Assembly: GCF_001194135.2 (NCBI RefSeq)
Contig: NC_068984.1
Coordinates: 40,261,029 to 40,325,028, forward strand
Source of the DNA: Octopus bimaculoides
Taxonomy: Eukaryota
Direction: 5' to 3'
DNA length: 64,000 nucleotides
Numbering within the stretch: position 1 is the stretch's first letter; every line of letters begins with the position of its first letter. Shown here one piece after another: positions 37,183-52,189 of the stretch. Below the pieces are notes generated by a model, which ran no database searches, had not been told where the DNA came from, and was given only the letters and a program-made list of their open reading frames with translations. Both the position numbers and the translations under genes were made by a program.

Positions 37183-40100
37183 GTATGTATGTGTAGATAT
37201 GTTGCATTTGGTTTTATTCATTAATGTAATTTACTGTTCATATGTTCTTTACTTCTTACTTTCTTGATTGTTAAAAAAAACTTTTTCTTTTGAATGAGAG
37301 AATGAGAGAGAGGGGAGAAGGGAGAGAGCGTGAGTGTAAGAAAGAGAATAAGAGAGGAAGAGAGAGAGAGAGAGACATTGCTGAATGTGGTGGAATTGTT
37401 GTGTTACATAAATTTAAGAATTCTCTTATCCTAAATTATGCATGATTACCTCATTCCTAAATCTTCAGGTTTTTTTTTCTTTCTCTTTCTCTTTCTTTCT
37501 GGTATGACAGTCATATCATTAAAGCATTCTTTTACTTGTATTTTATTTTAATACAGTTATCATTATTTGAATTTATACTGGATAAAACTATCATTACAGT
37601 CTGATGGTTTTCAATTCATCTTTATTCAAAATTACATACTGCCATAATATTCAATTTNNNNNNNNNNNNNNNNNNNNNNNNNNNNNNNNNNNNNNNNNNN
37701 NNNNNNNNNNNNNNNNNNNNNNNNNNNNNNNNNNNNNNNNNNNNNNNNNNNNNNNNNNNNNNNNNNNNNNNNNNNNNNNNNNNNNNNNNNNNNNNNNNNN
37801 NNNNNNNNNNNNNNNNNNNNNNNNNNNNNNNNNNNNNNNNNNNNNNNNNNNNNNNNNNNNNNNNNNNNNNNNNNNNNNNNNNNNNNNNNNNNNNNNNNNN
37901 NNNNNNNNNNNNNNNNNNNNNNNNNNNNNNNNNNNNNNNNNNNNNNNNNNNNNNNNNNNNNNNNNNNNNNNNNNNNNNNNNNNNNNNNNNNNNNNNNNNN
38001 NNNNNNNNNNNNNNNNNNNNNNNNNNNNNNNNNNNNNNNNNNNNNNNNNNNNNNNNNNNNNNNNNNNNNNNNNNNNNNNNNNNNNNNNNNNNNNNNNNNN
38101 NNNNNNNNNNNNNNNNNNNNNNNNNNNNNNNNNNNNNNNNNNNNNNNNNNNNNNNNNNNNNNNNNNNNNNNNNNNNNNNNNNNNNNNNNNNNNNNNNNNN
38201 NNNNNNNNNNNNNNNNNNNNNNNNNNNNNNNNNNNNNNNNNNNNNNNNNNNNNNNNNNNNNNNNNNNNNNNNNNNNNNNNNNNAAGAAAAAGAAACTATT
38301 ATAAGTTTGTCATATATATGAAACTGAATATTTCTCAATATTATCAACCTAGAAATAACTTCCATATTAAAACACTTGTTATTTTGGCTGTATTTACAGC
38401 CAGGCCAAATAAGATTTTAGCAGCTTATCCTTCAGTGATTGAATACCATCAATAAGAAGTAGATGTCGTTATCTTTTTTTTTTTTTTTATATTTCATTTC
38501 ATGTCTCTACCACTGCCAAGATCGCACACCACCCACACACTTCCTATGCTTCTGTTTAACTTCTTTTTACAATATTTATCACTGTGGTTTATCATCATCG
38601 TCATCATCATCATCTTCTCTTTTCATGCAAGGTGGATGTCACATGAAATTTTAATTTATCATTTTTAAAAAAATGTTTTTTTTTTTATTTTTCATCATCA
38701 CCTCGATCATCAATATAAAAATAATACCATTGAAATTCAGTGTTTAGAAAGAGAAAAATAATAAAACAAAAAATAATTTGTAATGATAATGTTGATAACG
38801 ATTTTTCATTATTATCATTGTTGTCTTCATTACTACACTCATCATCACTATGATGCAATAGTACATTGTCAACAAATTTAATTTGTAATTTCATCTTTGA
38901 TTACCAGCTGAAACCGCTTTCAGTTAGATTTGTAATATCTTATGGAAAACTATGGACATAGCAAACAGTTTATTTTCTTATAAATCTGAGATGACTTACC
39001 TATGTACTATAATAATGACAACAACAACAACAACAACAATATTATTATTATATGCCACCTCTTTGCACAATGATATTGTCTTTTCAGTTTTTTCTGTTTA
39101 GTTTCTGTTATTGTCTTCCGAATTTGCTTAATCATATGATTTTTAGAAATGTTATCTTTATATTAATAATTTGTATTGGTGAACTGACAGAATTGTTAAA
39201 TTAAGTCCTGGGGTCGATTTGCTCGACTAATGGCGGTGCTCCAGCATGGCCACAGTCAAATGACTGAAACAAGTAAAAAAGAGTAAAAAGAATAAAAGAG
39301 TATGCCAAGCAAAATGCTCCGTGGCATTTCTTTTTGCTTTACATTCTGAGTTCAAATCCCATCAAAACTGACTTTGCCTTTCATTCTTTCGGGGTCAATA
39401 AAATAAGTACCAGTTGGACACTGGGATCACTGTAATTAACCAGCCCCCTCAATAATTTCAGGCCTTGTGCCTACAGTAGAAAGGATTATTCTAAAGTGAA
39501 AAAGATGGCCAAAGGATGTGATAAATGGATTAAGTTGTTTTACTGTATTTAGTTCATTGCTGATGGTTCTGTTCAAATCACATTAGAAATTAATTTATCT
39601 TTCAATTGTCTGAGTTGCATGAGCTAAAATATCACATCCTTGTAAACATTGTCGTTATGCTTTGTGAAATGATATAATTTTCTTTTACTGTTATGTTTTA
39701 TCTGAACATAATGTGTGAATACATAAATCTTATATAATTGAACTGTATAAGATTCTACATAAAGTTTTTCCCCTTTCTCTATTTTCTTATGCTCATTAAC
39801 AGTTCTAATTAATTAATAATGTTTATATATTAACTTAATAGTAATGTTTTTAATTATAAATCTATATGTTTAATACTTTGAAGTATACATTAAGCTGTAT
39901 TTTTATAGGCAGTATAAGGTGTATGTTAATATATATTTCAAAGTCTTGGCACTAATTATGCAAATCAGACTAACTGATTTAGTGAAGTCACAATATTTAA
40001 TGGCTATAATACAGTATGAAATCTTAGATGAAATGAATGAAAGGAAAGCGAATGAGAACAACATTACTGTTTTAGCATGAAAGAATTCAACTGGGGAATT

Positions 40101-41449
40101 GGCAGTAAAGAGTTGACTATGATAGAGCCAAAGTTTGAGAGATATTGGAAATTTGTAGAGTAACGCTTGGTTTAATTGTAATTAAGTGACTTGGTAGATT
40201 TAATGATGATAGCCAAAAGAAATCTATACAAGTGAGTTTTCCAAAATTAGAAATAAAACTGGGGCTGTCAGAAAATATCTGGCATATCAGCTGAATATTT
40301 TAAAAAGCATAAATATACAAAATCGTCTTAACAAGAAACAGAGAGAAAACAGAATACAGTTGGGGAGAAAACAAAGAATTTGACAGATTCAGGTAAAAGA
40401 GAATTGAAAGTGAGAAGACCACCATAAGAAAGAAGAGTAATGAGAATGATAAAAAGCAGGGAAATAGTTAAGAACACTACATAAAAAAAAGGTATGCAAT
40501 ACATCTGAATAGAAAAATAGAATTATAAGTTTACATATTAACACTTCCATTGCCATATTCCTTTTGAAATACGCCAATACTACTTAAGCTAATTTTGAAA
40601 AGAATGAGGAATTTAGTAAAATAACTAAGCTGGTGTTTGGGACATAAATTAACTTGGAATTTCAATGGAAGGTTTTAATTTAGATCATTTTAAAACAAGT
40701 TTATATCATAAAACAAGGAGTGGTCTCAGGCAGGTTGATATCAAAAGATTTAATGCTGATCAAGTTACTAATAAGATGAATGAATTGAAGGTTAAAAGCT
40801 ACAAACTCCAAGCCACAAGTCATTGATATTTCTAAAGCAAGACCAAAGAACATGAGAATTTAATTGGTTATAGCAGAATTTTTGATAAATGAAGCAGCAG
40901 ACTATGAAGTCTTTTCCAACAATATTGTGGAGGACAAATGAAAAGGAATAATGTTATCATTTTAATGTTATCATTTTAATGCCCACTTTTCTGTGCTTGG
41001 AAAGAGTTTATTGGGGCAGATATTCTACAGCTGGATGCTCTTCCTGTTGCCAACACTTCCCTGTTTCCAAGCAAGATAATATTTCATCATAGGTGGACAT
41101 GTTCTTGCAGAATATTAGAAATGAACAACACTGCTTTGACAGTGATACTCATTTACAATGTCAAGACAAGGAGACATAAACATACACACAGACGTTCACA
41201 TATATACATACACACTCACATATAACTGCACACACACACAGATACTGCAAATTCTTTTTATATTTTTGTCTACCAAATCCACTCACAAGGTTTTGGTTGA
41301 CCCTTGTTGAAGGTACTATGCAGTTGGGCTGGACCTGAAACCATGTGGTTGGAAAGCAAACTTCTTACCACACAGCCATGCCTGTAATAACATGCAATTA
41401 AAATTAATCTCTCAAATACTGATTTATTTTGTTGACAGACCTAATTTAC

Positions 41450-43500
41450 AGGCCAACTGCAGTGAATCAAAAGAAAAAAAAAGATATGGGAAAAAAATGA
41501 AAGGTTATGAAGAATAATGAAGCTGCTAATTATCAAATGTTTTAATTGCACAAGAATTATATAATAGAAAATGATAACATGATTATCCCTAAATCTCAGG
41601 AAAATATTATTTTGGGGTTGCCAGCAAGGAAAATAACTTTCATCAATATACCAACTTGGAGAGAAACTGAAGATTATATCTTGGATATGATATTCACAAA
41701 TAAAACTGAATGATATATGAAACTGAACTACCAAGGAACACCTGGAAACAGGCAGCAATGTGTTAAGTTTTACTTTTATTTGTTACAGATATATACTTGA
41801 CAATATATCAAAGCTCATAAAACTGGCTGATTTTGAGCAGAATGAAGTGATGTTCATAATGGCTCTAATATAAATTTTAATATAAATTAGAAGAAATTCT
41901 CTGAGGTTATACCGAAACTAGAAAGTGGAAAATATACCAAACAATTCTGTGAACTTCACTGATAGAAACGAATATGATATTTAAATACATTAGGTAACTT
42001 TTGAAAAGGAGACATGCATTGGCTGGAAACTCTTTAAAAAACTGAAATCCATAAATGAGCACACTACAAGATAATGTGTGACAAAGAAGTGAAGAAAGTT
42101 ATTTGAGAAAAATTTATCAAAGAAATCAAAGGAAAATCCAAAGGAATATTAAGATTTATAAAAGCAATATCAAGAATTAATAGTGACTTAGGTTATCTTT
42201 ATGAAAACAAGAATAATTTGCATAATAAGAAGGATATAGATGATATTCTTTACTGAGATGATAAGGTTAGACATGCTGTGGAATACATTAGGGTCAGAGG
42301 AAATTAAAGATTTATTGCTAGACAAATCACCAGAACATTCTAGATTTCTGAACATCATGGCAAAGAATATTGCAAAGCCTCAAACAGCCTGTAGTCAGGG
42401 ATCAGTTTCCAGACATTAAAAAATGCAAAGATTAATGTTATAGGGAAGAAGAAAACTTATTGAGCTGTGAACCTAACACTGGTTTTACTAAAATTTTACT
42501 AACCGGAAAGTTAGTAAAGAAATAGTTTTTTTTTTAATCTAGCAAGTCAACTGCATTATAGTTGTTGAAAATGATGGCGGAATGGTGCATTTTCTTAACT
42601 TTTCAAAAGACAATTGGTAAGGTACTATATTTGAGACTTACAAATGAGTTAAAAGCATATAGTACAAATGTTTAGATATAAAAGTAGATTGAAGACTTTA
42701 TCAGTGACAAGAAATAACAAGTAAGGATGAAGGAGAGTAAATCAACATAGCATAGTGTAAACATTGAAAATATTTCAAAGATCAGTTCTGGGATTCGTTT
42801 AACTTTTTAATATATGTCAAGAATTTACAAGAAAATGTTATCACACATCCATACTTTTTGATGATGCTGAAGTTTTATAGACTGCAACTGTATAGGAAGA
42901 CTATGCTAAACTAAGATCTCCAGAAAATGGAAAGCTGGAGTAATACAGAGTTGTTACTTTTCCTTCAAGACAAATGCAAACACCTTCATATAAGAAGAGA
43001 GATCAGTGAGGAAAAAGATATTAAATGTGCCAAACTGTAATTCAGAAAGTGAATGAAGGAATAGATTTAGGAATTATAATAGAAAAAAATTGAAAGGCAA
43101 TGAACATATAGTAGAAAAAGAAGACAAATATGATGGTAGATGTAATACTTAAACACAAACATTTATACTACTTTCTAAATGTATGATACAATCCTGTTTG
43201 TATTATGCAATTTTAGTTTGGGTTCCTTCTGACTAAAGAACTCATGGATAAAATAACATCAATACTAAGAAGAGCTACTAACCAAATAACCTGTCTTGGA
43301 AAATCTAATGCAACCAAAGGGGTTAAAAAAAAACTCAAATTCCCAAGCTTGTGAAAGAAAAGTCTGAGTGAAAATGCTGGAAATATACTAGATGGTAAAT
43401 GGACTCTATGAAGAAGATTTATGCAATTTTATTTCAGAAGGGAACCCTCAAGTGAATGTAGAACAAAAGGGCACAGTGATACTATCATATTGGAGAACAT
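41450..43500 (+). mobile_element. Decayed CR1/L2-group LINE ORF2 (EN and RT)
   Basis: PTWRETEDYILDMIFTN (EN end, about 41650), KSP-like RFLNIMAKNIAKP (about 42330), IEDFISDKK*QVRM (about 42690), GSVLG...FLIYV (about 42780), LFDDAEV resembling LFADDxK (about 42855). Many stops and frameshifts. Confidence 0.7.
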
Positions 43501-44620
43501 TAAACAGAAATAAAGTTAAGAGATATTTGGCTTAATAGGAAAAATGTTGAATAATTTGACAGAACTGGTAGCAGCTGAAAACATTAATCATCAACATCAT
43601 TTTAGTGACCACTTTGCCAAGCTTGTAAGGGTTAGATGTAGTTTGCTTTGGCAAATTTTCAGTGGCTCGATGCCCTTCCTATCACCAACCCTCGCTTGTT
43701 TTCAAGAAATGTAATATTTCTCCAAGGCCAGACAAGTTCACATTGAAAGATTGGCAATGAAGAACACCACTTATATGATGGTGACACTAGTTTATAAGAT
43801 AAGGAGGAACTCCTGTGCATACGCACCTCATACTTCTATCCATCTGCAAAATCAACTCTGGAGGCTTTGGTTGGTTTTGGGCTTTAGTAGAAGACACTTG
43901 TCCAAGGTGCCATGCCATGGAACTGAGCCCAAAACCAGGTGGTTGAGAAGTGAACTTAACCATACGGCCACACCTGTATCCATGCCTATTCCATGCCTGC
44001 ATCTAGAATATTTTAAAAATTGGTTGGATAAACAGTGGAAACAATTAAGCGTAGAATGTGGTAATACTTTGAAAGTGGACATAATCTGGTGCACCACCCA
44101 CCAAAGGAATCGGGAGTTCAGTATAAAACTTCACTAATGAACTTGGAATGGAAAACTGCTACAGCCATTACCACTAACATTGGCACCATTATTGTCCTTG
44201 TTATTATTGTTATCATTGTTGTCATCATCATTATTGTTATCATTATCATCATGCCACAAGTTGTGGTCACTCATCATCTTCACAAAATTCAGTGTCTTGA
44301 AATTAGCTTCCACAACTTCTTCCTCTGTCTTCTTCAGTGCTCTTCTCTAAAGGTTCACTTCCATTTGAACCACCTGACACTTTTCTACCAAAATACCTCT
44401 ATCAATATGTATTATATGTTCATACCAACAATCTCCTCTCTTGCAAACTAAATCTGATTTGTCTTATACCCAATATGTTGGCTGTGTACTTACATTATGT
44501 ATGCATCCAGCAGAGTATATTCAACTCTATAACTCTATCCTTTCTAGCCTTTGCCTTCAATACTTAATGTTAAGCAATATGCTTTGTACATAAGTATGAT
44601 ATAACCAATTAGAAAGAATG

Positions 44621-44661
<41 letters not shown>

Positions 44662-44944
44662 NNNNNNNNNNNNNNNNNNNNNNNNNNNNNNNNNNNNNNN
44701 NNNNNNNNNNNNNNNNNNNNNNNNNNNNNNNNNNNNNNNNNNNNNNNNNNNNNNNNNNNNNNNNNNNNNNNNNNNNNNNNNNNNNNNNNNNNNNNNNNNN
44801 NNNNNNNNNNNNNNNNNNNNNNNNNNNNNNNNNNNNNNNNNNNNNNNNNNNNNNNNNNNNNNNNNNNNNNNNNNNNNNNNNNNNNNNNNNNNNNNNNNNN
44901 NNNNNNNNNNNNNNNNNNNNNNNNNNNNNNNNNNNNNNNNNNNN

Positions 44945-45009
<65 letters not shown>

Positions 45010-45859
45010 TTTGTTGCTACCTGAGGTAATAACTCTCTCCTGTTTTTACTCTGGCTGCTATACTGTCAGAGAACCTATGTCTGCTGTTAATTAGGTCACT
45101 TAGTTAATGGAAACTATCAAAGTGAATCTTCTAAACATTTCGAACAAATATATTTCATTGGTTGTACTTACTGCTAACTACTCTTGTGCATCTGCCACAT
45201 ATGAAGTCTTCCCTCTCTCAGCCTACCAATGATCCCACTATGCTCTTGTACATCTAGAATTCATATTGGATACATAGCATTCCTGCTTGCTCATTTTATT
45301 TGTATTGAACATGGCCAGTCCCCAGATAGCAAGTACAATGCTGTCTTTTTTCCTACTATCTAAAACTTATTGTTTTTGTTAGATTTAGCTGGAAACCGCT
45401 TAGTTTTCAACTTTGCTTCAACATTAAAAAATTTGATTTTTTAATTCTACAGATTCAGCTCTGAGAACTAGATAATTGACATATAAAATCTCTGAAGAAT
45501 AAATGTTCTTAAACTTTTTTATTTTGGCCTGGTGAACAATGTTCATGTTTTTCATGCTGTTGATACTGCTAGATTGAATGGTGCTGCCCAGGTCAAATCT
45601 ATAATGATATCTTTTAGGCAGCCAAAAATGAATGTGTACATTTGATATGTTTTTTTACTGTGAACCTTTCGTATCTTGTGTTCTTGTGGTTCTAAGTTGT
45701 CCTTCATTGAAATTCCAGTTCTTGTAAGGTTAAACTTATTTACAGTTTCTTGTTTTCTTGGTTTATGGTGTTTTTTGTCTATATTTTACCATTGCATTAA
45801 TTGTCCTTCTTTTAGATTCTAATTTTGGTAAGAGTAATACTTGTCCAGGAATTTCTAGT

Positions 45860-47700
45860 TCATGGAGATTTTATTGTATATAATAAACAAGTGGAAGCTA
45901 AGAAACAAGCCTCAATGGATGTCTACTTGCACATAAAATTCTTCATTGGACTCAACGTTAACTCTCATCTTGTTGATGGCATCTCTGTATGTGGTTTGCA
46001 TAGCGCTCACAGCCATTCACTTACATTTAGTTCTCTTAACTACCAAACAACAGAATGTGGTACTTTATCAAAGGTCTTTTCCAGGTTGACAAATGCTAGG
46101 TATAGTTGCTTGCTCTAAGCTGAGCACTTCTTTTGCAGTTGTCTTACTAGCAAAAGACATCAATGGTAATCTGACCTGGTATAACCAAAACCGAATTTCA
46201 TCAAAACTAATTTTATCACTGACCAGTTGTTCTAAAACTCATTCTGCTACTTTTCCATCAATTTGGTACCTGTTGTTGGCAATTTGCCTTTATAGCACTT
46301 GATGAATGCTCCACCTGTTAGTGTTTATGAATCTGGTTGATATACAACTGAATAGTATGAACTCTTTTTAACAGGATGTGTTCAGTGTCTCAACAATCAC
46401 TTCTGATTATTCAATTATTTCCTCTGTTTTAATATCCTTAGTTACATTTTCAACTATATAATTGTCAACATAATTAGATGGTCTTTCTTTTAGTTCTACT
46501 TGTAGTTCCTCTTTGTCCTTTGCATTCTCTACATTCAGAAAATCTTTTAGTAGTATTTCCAAGCCTCTTTTTGGCATCAGTCAGGATAAATGTGCCACAC
46601 TAATTCTGCACACATTTCCCCCTCAACAGTATCTTCTCTGGTCCTCTCATTACAATGAATTGGCAAACCCTTATTTTTCCAGCTTATTTCTTTGCCATGT
46701 ATATCTAGCTTCTCTTCTGGTTATCTGTTACTGTTTGCTGTTTCGCCCCTGTTCTACTAACCTGACCAGACTTGTCACTTAGCTTTAATAGCTCTATCCA
46801 CTGTACAATTTTGCCACTATGGGATTTTGTGGCATGCTCCAACAATAAACCTGGTCTGTGACTCTGAGTAAGATGTCTCATAGAAACTCCTTGTTATAGA
46901 GAGGAAATATGTCACTGTCTCCTCCATGACATACACTTCAACTAGAACTGTCTGAAGCTACTTTCAGTAAAAGTCTTTCAGCCTCCATACTTTCTGTCTT
47001 CAGATTGTTTTGTTTTTCTGGATCCATTTAGCTCTTAATCTGTTGTTACTAATCACTAGTTTATGTTGCATGGTACATTCTTCACTATGAAAGACTCTGT
47101 TCAATTTTACAATAAGCATTATATCTATCTGGCTTGTGTGTTCACCTGGTTAGTTGGTAATTAAGTGGCTGGCTGCTTTCTTGCAGTTTGACACATAAAT
47201 GGTTTCATTATTTGTATCACAGAACTCAAAGAAATTTAATCTTTCCTTATTACTTATACCATACCTATTACTTCCATATATGCCAATCATAGTGTTGTCA
47301 AACATATTCGTTAAAATTATCAGTTATGATAAAATCACTGTCATTTGTTATTGTGATAGTCTGCAAGAGAACCTCATAGAAATGTTCCTTTTGTTATCTA
47401 TCAATCTTGGTTGTGATATACATTCAAAGATCACTATTGCTATTGTGTTGCCTACGACTAGTCTAAACTTAATTATACCATCCATACTCTTGCTACTTTA
47501 CTTACTTTACTTACTTTATCCAACCCCGAAGTATATGTATCTGTGTTGCATGGTCATGAGGAGTCTTACTGAAGTATCCCCAAATATTACCTCTTGTATT
47601 CAGTTCACATTTATTTGTCTCTGCTCCAAAATTTGTTCAAGATCTATCCATCATTGATGTTGGTAGCCCTGAAGTTTTCTACATGTAAAGAAGAAAGGTT
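45860..47700 (-). mobile_element. Old decayed RTE LINE ORF2 (AP endonuclease, linker, first half of RT)
   Basis: Minus-strand remnants with many stops: ILEQRQINVN*IQEV (EN start), a decayed late-EN segment, RREDQR-like linker, and IAFVNLEKTFDKVPHSVVW...TYRDAINKMRV (RT; family consensus AFVDLEKAFDRVP). Confidence 0.75.
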
Positions 47701-48224
47701 TTTTTTTGTAGTGCTCATTACCTGTATTTTTGGCATCTAAGGGAGTCTTCACATATGGCTGGTTGTTTCTGCCTATCTATCTCACTGCTGTGCAAGTAGT
47801 TAAGTGTTAGTCCAGTATATGAAGTTGGAATTTTTCATTGTATTTGTGACTGTCGTGATTTTGGCATGGTTTCTTGACTTGGTGTATTTCATCATACATC
47901 CTGCACAAGAGAAGTTGTCTGTCAGGACTAAAGTATCTCTTCTAGATTGAGTAAATTTTTTATTCAAAGGTATTGTTCTCGTAAAACAGTTTAGAGAGCA
48001 TTAACTCTTAGTCAACCCTCCTTGTAGGATCTACATCTCTATACAAATATTTATTTAGTGTTGTTGCTATCCTAATTGGGCAGGCATTATTATGAATCTT
48101 GTTTCTCCAAAATACAACTAAGAGTGCATAAAGTGTTTTTGTTAGGAAGGAAAGGATGATGAGTTTGTTTGGAGTGTATGAATTGTTAGGAGCAGAGTGG
48201 AAGCTGACATAGCTAGGTGGGTTG

Positions 48225-48290
48225 GATATCAGGACAACTAACCCCTGACAATTGCCCTCTGGACAATAGCTCTCTAGAAAACGATTATTT
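48225..48290 (+). mobile_element. Possible MULE-type terminal repeat remnant
   Basis: Degenerate tandem GGACAATTGCCCC-like motif (GGACAACTAACCCC TGACAATTGCCCTCT GGACAATAGCTCTCT). Confidence 0.3.
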
Positions 48291-48419
48291 CTATTTCATA
48301 CAAATATCACAGAATCTTAAAGAAAATATTCAGTAAGGCTATCTAGAGCTGTCTTAGAAATGTATATCCACAAATCTCTAACTGCAACTAAAAGTCTATG
48401 AGCACCAGACAGACAGACA

Positions 48420-48715
48420 ATAAACCTACCTTAAATGTAGAAATATGGTTAAAATAGAAAAATACCTGTCAGCAAAAATTGTACACAGAGCACTTGTAGA
48501 ATCAGAGAGCATGATAAAGATGTATATTGGGTTAAATGGGAATAATTTTAAAATTAGATGCATACAACCCACTCATTCATTCAGCCTTAGGAGTAAGAGC
48601 AGGGTAACAGCACTTTCAAAATACATTGGACTTTTAAAGGACAAGAAAGAGCAGTACTATAATAATGTGGACTATTGTTGCAAAGGCAAAGATGTACAAT
48701 GGCTGTTGTAGTTAC
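48420..48715 (+). mobile_element. Penelope-like GIY-YIG endonuclease fragment
   Basis: ORF KYLSAKIVHRALVESESMIKMYIGLNGNNFKIRCIQPTHSF...TALSKYIGLLKDKKEQY, then in a shifted frame IMWTIVAKAKMYNG. This is the PLE pattern YIG...FK.RY..H..SF...T.LSKYIW.LK...W.I. Confidence 0.8.
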
Positions 48716-49559
48716 TATCATAATTTCCAGAAAACTCCTGTTTTGTCATGCATGTATGCACATGTATGTGTGCACATGTGCATGCATGGGCATGTATGTA
48801 CATATGTAAGTATAAGCTTGACTAAATTGAAGCCTTCTTACATTGGCAATTATATGGACATTTGCTATAGCTGTTGTATGTTTTTGCCTTGAAGGTAAAG
48901 GTGTGAGTGTGCATGCTTGTGTGTATACACTCTGGGTTGGGTTGTTAATGATAGTTGTGAACAGCTCAGCCTGAGGTGAGGTTGTCAACTTTTGATACAA
49001 TAAACATACACCCCCCCCCCCCCACTTTTAGCTAAGACTGAGCAGCTAGAAACAAATGTGATTGATTGTTTTGTTTCTTCAATTCTACACATTGTTCAGT
49101 TACTTTCTGTATTTTACTTCATTATATTTTTTATTAGTTTCTGCTAAGAAGAATTTTGTTTGTGTAGCAATAAAAAAAAAAAAAAAAAAGCAAAAAAGCT
49201 TTTGGCTTCAGGAGTTTTGTTTTGCACACTTTTTAGCTTGTGCTGAGTTTTTTCTTCTCTCTTTGCCCTCTTCCACATTGTTCAGACTTGTCAGATACTG
49301 GCCATATAGCAAATTTTCTTCCTCACCTCTTAATATGACATTTTGTAAGCTTATTTTCAGTTAATTTTTTTATTCATTTTTTTTTCTTTAATAATTTATG
49401 TTATTTCTCCATTTTCCTATCATCTGTCTGTCACTTTAGCTTGTGTTTTATTGTTTTGTTGGCTCCTTGAAGATGGAAAAATTTTTATTTGTTGTCTGTG
49501 TTTTGAAGCTATTTGTATTAGTTTCTCTTTATTTTTTTCACTAGATATTTTCCACTAGA

Positions 49560-50283
49560 TATATTACCAAATATTTTTGTAGTTCTACAGTTGATATTTA
49601 ATAATTTTTTAGTTGCAGAAAACCTTGCCTCTCTTTATTTATGATAAATATAAGTTTTCTGAGTTGGATTTTAGACAGTGTTTTCTAAAGGTAGTAATTA
49701 TTTTTCTTGCCCAGTTGTGAATATTGCAATTATAGTTTATTGCTAGAAAAGCTAGATTATTGATACTTATTGCCTTATTTTTTTTCACCTTATTTAATTC
49801 TTTTATTTCATTTAGTTCTGTTACTTTATTTAGCTCTGTTATTTGATTCAATTCTCTTTTAGATATTAATCTAATGTGCTTTATAATGTTCATGCTTTAC
49901 CTTTTCTCTCATTGATGCATGTGATTTGTAAGTTTATTAATTCCTAAGAATTTTTGCATGCTTGCTCTAATTTTCATGTCCCTGCTTCATTATCTAACAC
50001 AGTAGCAGTGACTTTTGATAATTTTCCTCTCTTCAGAATTGCAAAAGTGCATTTTTCTAATCCAAATTGCAAATACAATTCTCTTTTGAGTCCATTTACT
50101 GTCTGCAACATTGTTTCCAGTTGTTTATCATCTACAGTAGACAACTTGAGGTCATCCATATGCAAAATAACATTCATAGCTGAGATTAGAGTGACTTAGC
50201 ATGTCGGTGAAGGTGTAAATGCTAGGCAAGAAATGAGTGGAACAGAGTCTCCTTGGAACAATCCTCTTTCAATAGGGAAGAGC

Positions 50284-50348
<65 letters not shown>

Positions 50349-50900
50349 ATTCTCTCTTTTTCAAGCTGTTGAAGAATTATTTGCTGTTTATTCATTACCT
50401 GTTTACTGCAGCTTCTTATTGTTGGTGCTGCCTTACTTATGGATAATGTTTCTAAGACTCCACAGCCAAGGAATTCTATCAAATGCTTTCTAGTTCTCAA
50501 TCCAAGACATGCTCAGTTTCTTCAGTTTTAGTTGTTGATCAGTAATTGATCTTTTCAACCTTGTGAGCTTTTGCAACATCCTTTCTCTTCTTCTGAAAGG
50601 AAGTTTTTTTTTTACAGATATTTATCCACTATGATATTATTGATAGTGAGGCTTTATATACTACAGGTATACTTGTTCTTTTGAACATTGACATCTTTGG
50701 TGATGTTTTGCTGTACATACTCATCCACTCCCAAGTTATTTTTACTTCTCTTGCTGGTGGTACTACATTGATTTCTATTTTATTTTTACCTAGTTCTTTG
50801 GAAATGATTTTGGATTGGAGTTCAACTGTTTGTTTTGTTTGGAAGGTTATTGTAACAATGGATTATTTTTGCAATTTAGCAAGAAACTATAGTTTTAGAT
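49560..50900 (-). mobile_element. Decayed R4/Dong/NeSL-type (restriction-like endonuclease) non-LTR retrotransposon, RT region
   Basis: Minus-strand remnants EKGCCKSSQG*KDQLLI, KLSMSWIEN*KAFDRIP, ERGLFQGDSVP, ILHMDDLKL...QFGLEKC, and post-RT KAISINNLA...RKIITTFRKH. YMDDLKL/FGLEKC is typical of these RLE elements. Confidence 0.75.
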
Positions 50901-51984
50901 GTTTTTGATTTTGGTGCTTCTTTTTTGTTGGCTATGTTTCTGTATTATTTGTCTTTCTGCTTTCTTTTTTATTCGTTTCTGTCATTCTATTGAGAGATCT
51001 TTCTTTCATTTTCCATCTTCCTTCTTATGTTTGTTTTTCATGATGTTTACTTATTAAAATTATTATGTTTTCAACCATTTCATGCAAGTTTCTATTGCAC
51101 CACACTGTGTTTGTGTTGTTTTGTCTTTTATAGCAGTATGTATGTATGCTACATCTGATTGTTACTCTGTTGTATGGTTTGACATGTTGATTCTTGTGTT
51201 ATTTTTGTGCTTAGTCTGTTGGATATAATACATTCTTGTAAGTTTTTGTTGCTTATTTAAAAATGTTTCTGGTAATGTTTCATATGTGTGTGAGTTGTGT
51301 TGCGTGTTATAAGACTAGGTGATAATTGTGCAGCATATGTGCTGTGTGGGTGGCACTTGTGTAGAATGTGAATTGTATGAGTTGTCGGTGTGTGTGGGAG
51401 GTTTTATAAAATCATGTGCTGATTATGTAAGCATATGCATTGTATTATGTAGAATATATGCTGTGTGGGTTGTATGCGTTATTCAATGGTGATTCCGTTG
51501 ACAGTGTGTAATGTTATTTTATTATGTGATGATTGAAGAGAGTATGTGTTGTATGCATTGTACTGTGAGTGTACAGTTTGTGTTACTATTGAGTTTAGAG
51601 TGTTTTGAGTAGGATGTGGGCTTCCTCTAGCAGGGTTATATTTCTTAGACTGTATTTAGTTGCTAATCCTGGTATAATTTTTTATGTTTTGTTATTTGTG
51701 CTATTTTCTTCATAACTAGTGCTCCAGTTATTTGTTTTACCTATCATATCTTATATCCTTCATACTTTCATTTCAAGATCCCATACTTTGACAGTTTCTT
51801 GACCCCCTTATGATGATAGAATCAGTAGAGTGGCATGTTGAATGTATTGCAGTATTTAGTTAGGTCTCTATCCATTCTTAGTTTTAATTTGCATTTTCTC
51901 ATTTCAGGTTCATAAAATAAGTACTAGTGGAGTATCTAAAAATACACAAAAATATTATGGGCTTGTGCTTGCTTATGTTAAAAA

Positions 51985-52140
51985 TTATTATTAGTTTTAA
52001 AATAAAATATGGTCTGTTGTCTTCTGCTGAACCGGGGTCACCCCTTGACCCTAGGGTCACAGTAGGTCCTCATCTCATGGAGAGTACATGGCGTAAAATG
52101 TGTGCAGAACCTAGCAACATTATTTTCTGAAGTTCCCCCA
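51985..52140 (-). mobile_element. Short 3'-terminal fragment of an R4/Dong-like element
   Basis: Minus translation LQKIMLLGSAHILRHVLSMR*, matching the conserved LQKxxLLGxAHILRxVL* C-terminus. Flanked by TAA repeats. Confidence 0.65.
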
Positions 52141-52182
<42 letters not shown>

Positions 52183-52189
52183 TATTACT

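Noticed and set aside
47740-48120. Decayed coding-like segment next to the RTE copy, and the GT-rich block at 51100-51700
   Set aside because: Both could be Penelope-like or R4-like remnants, but the motifs are too degraded to assign.
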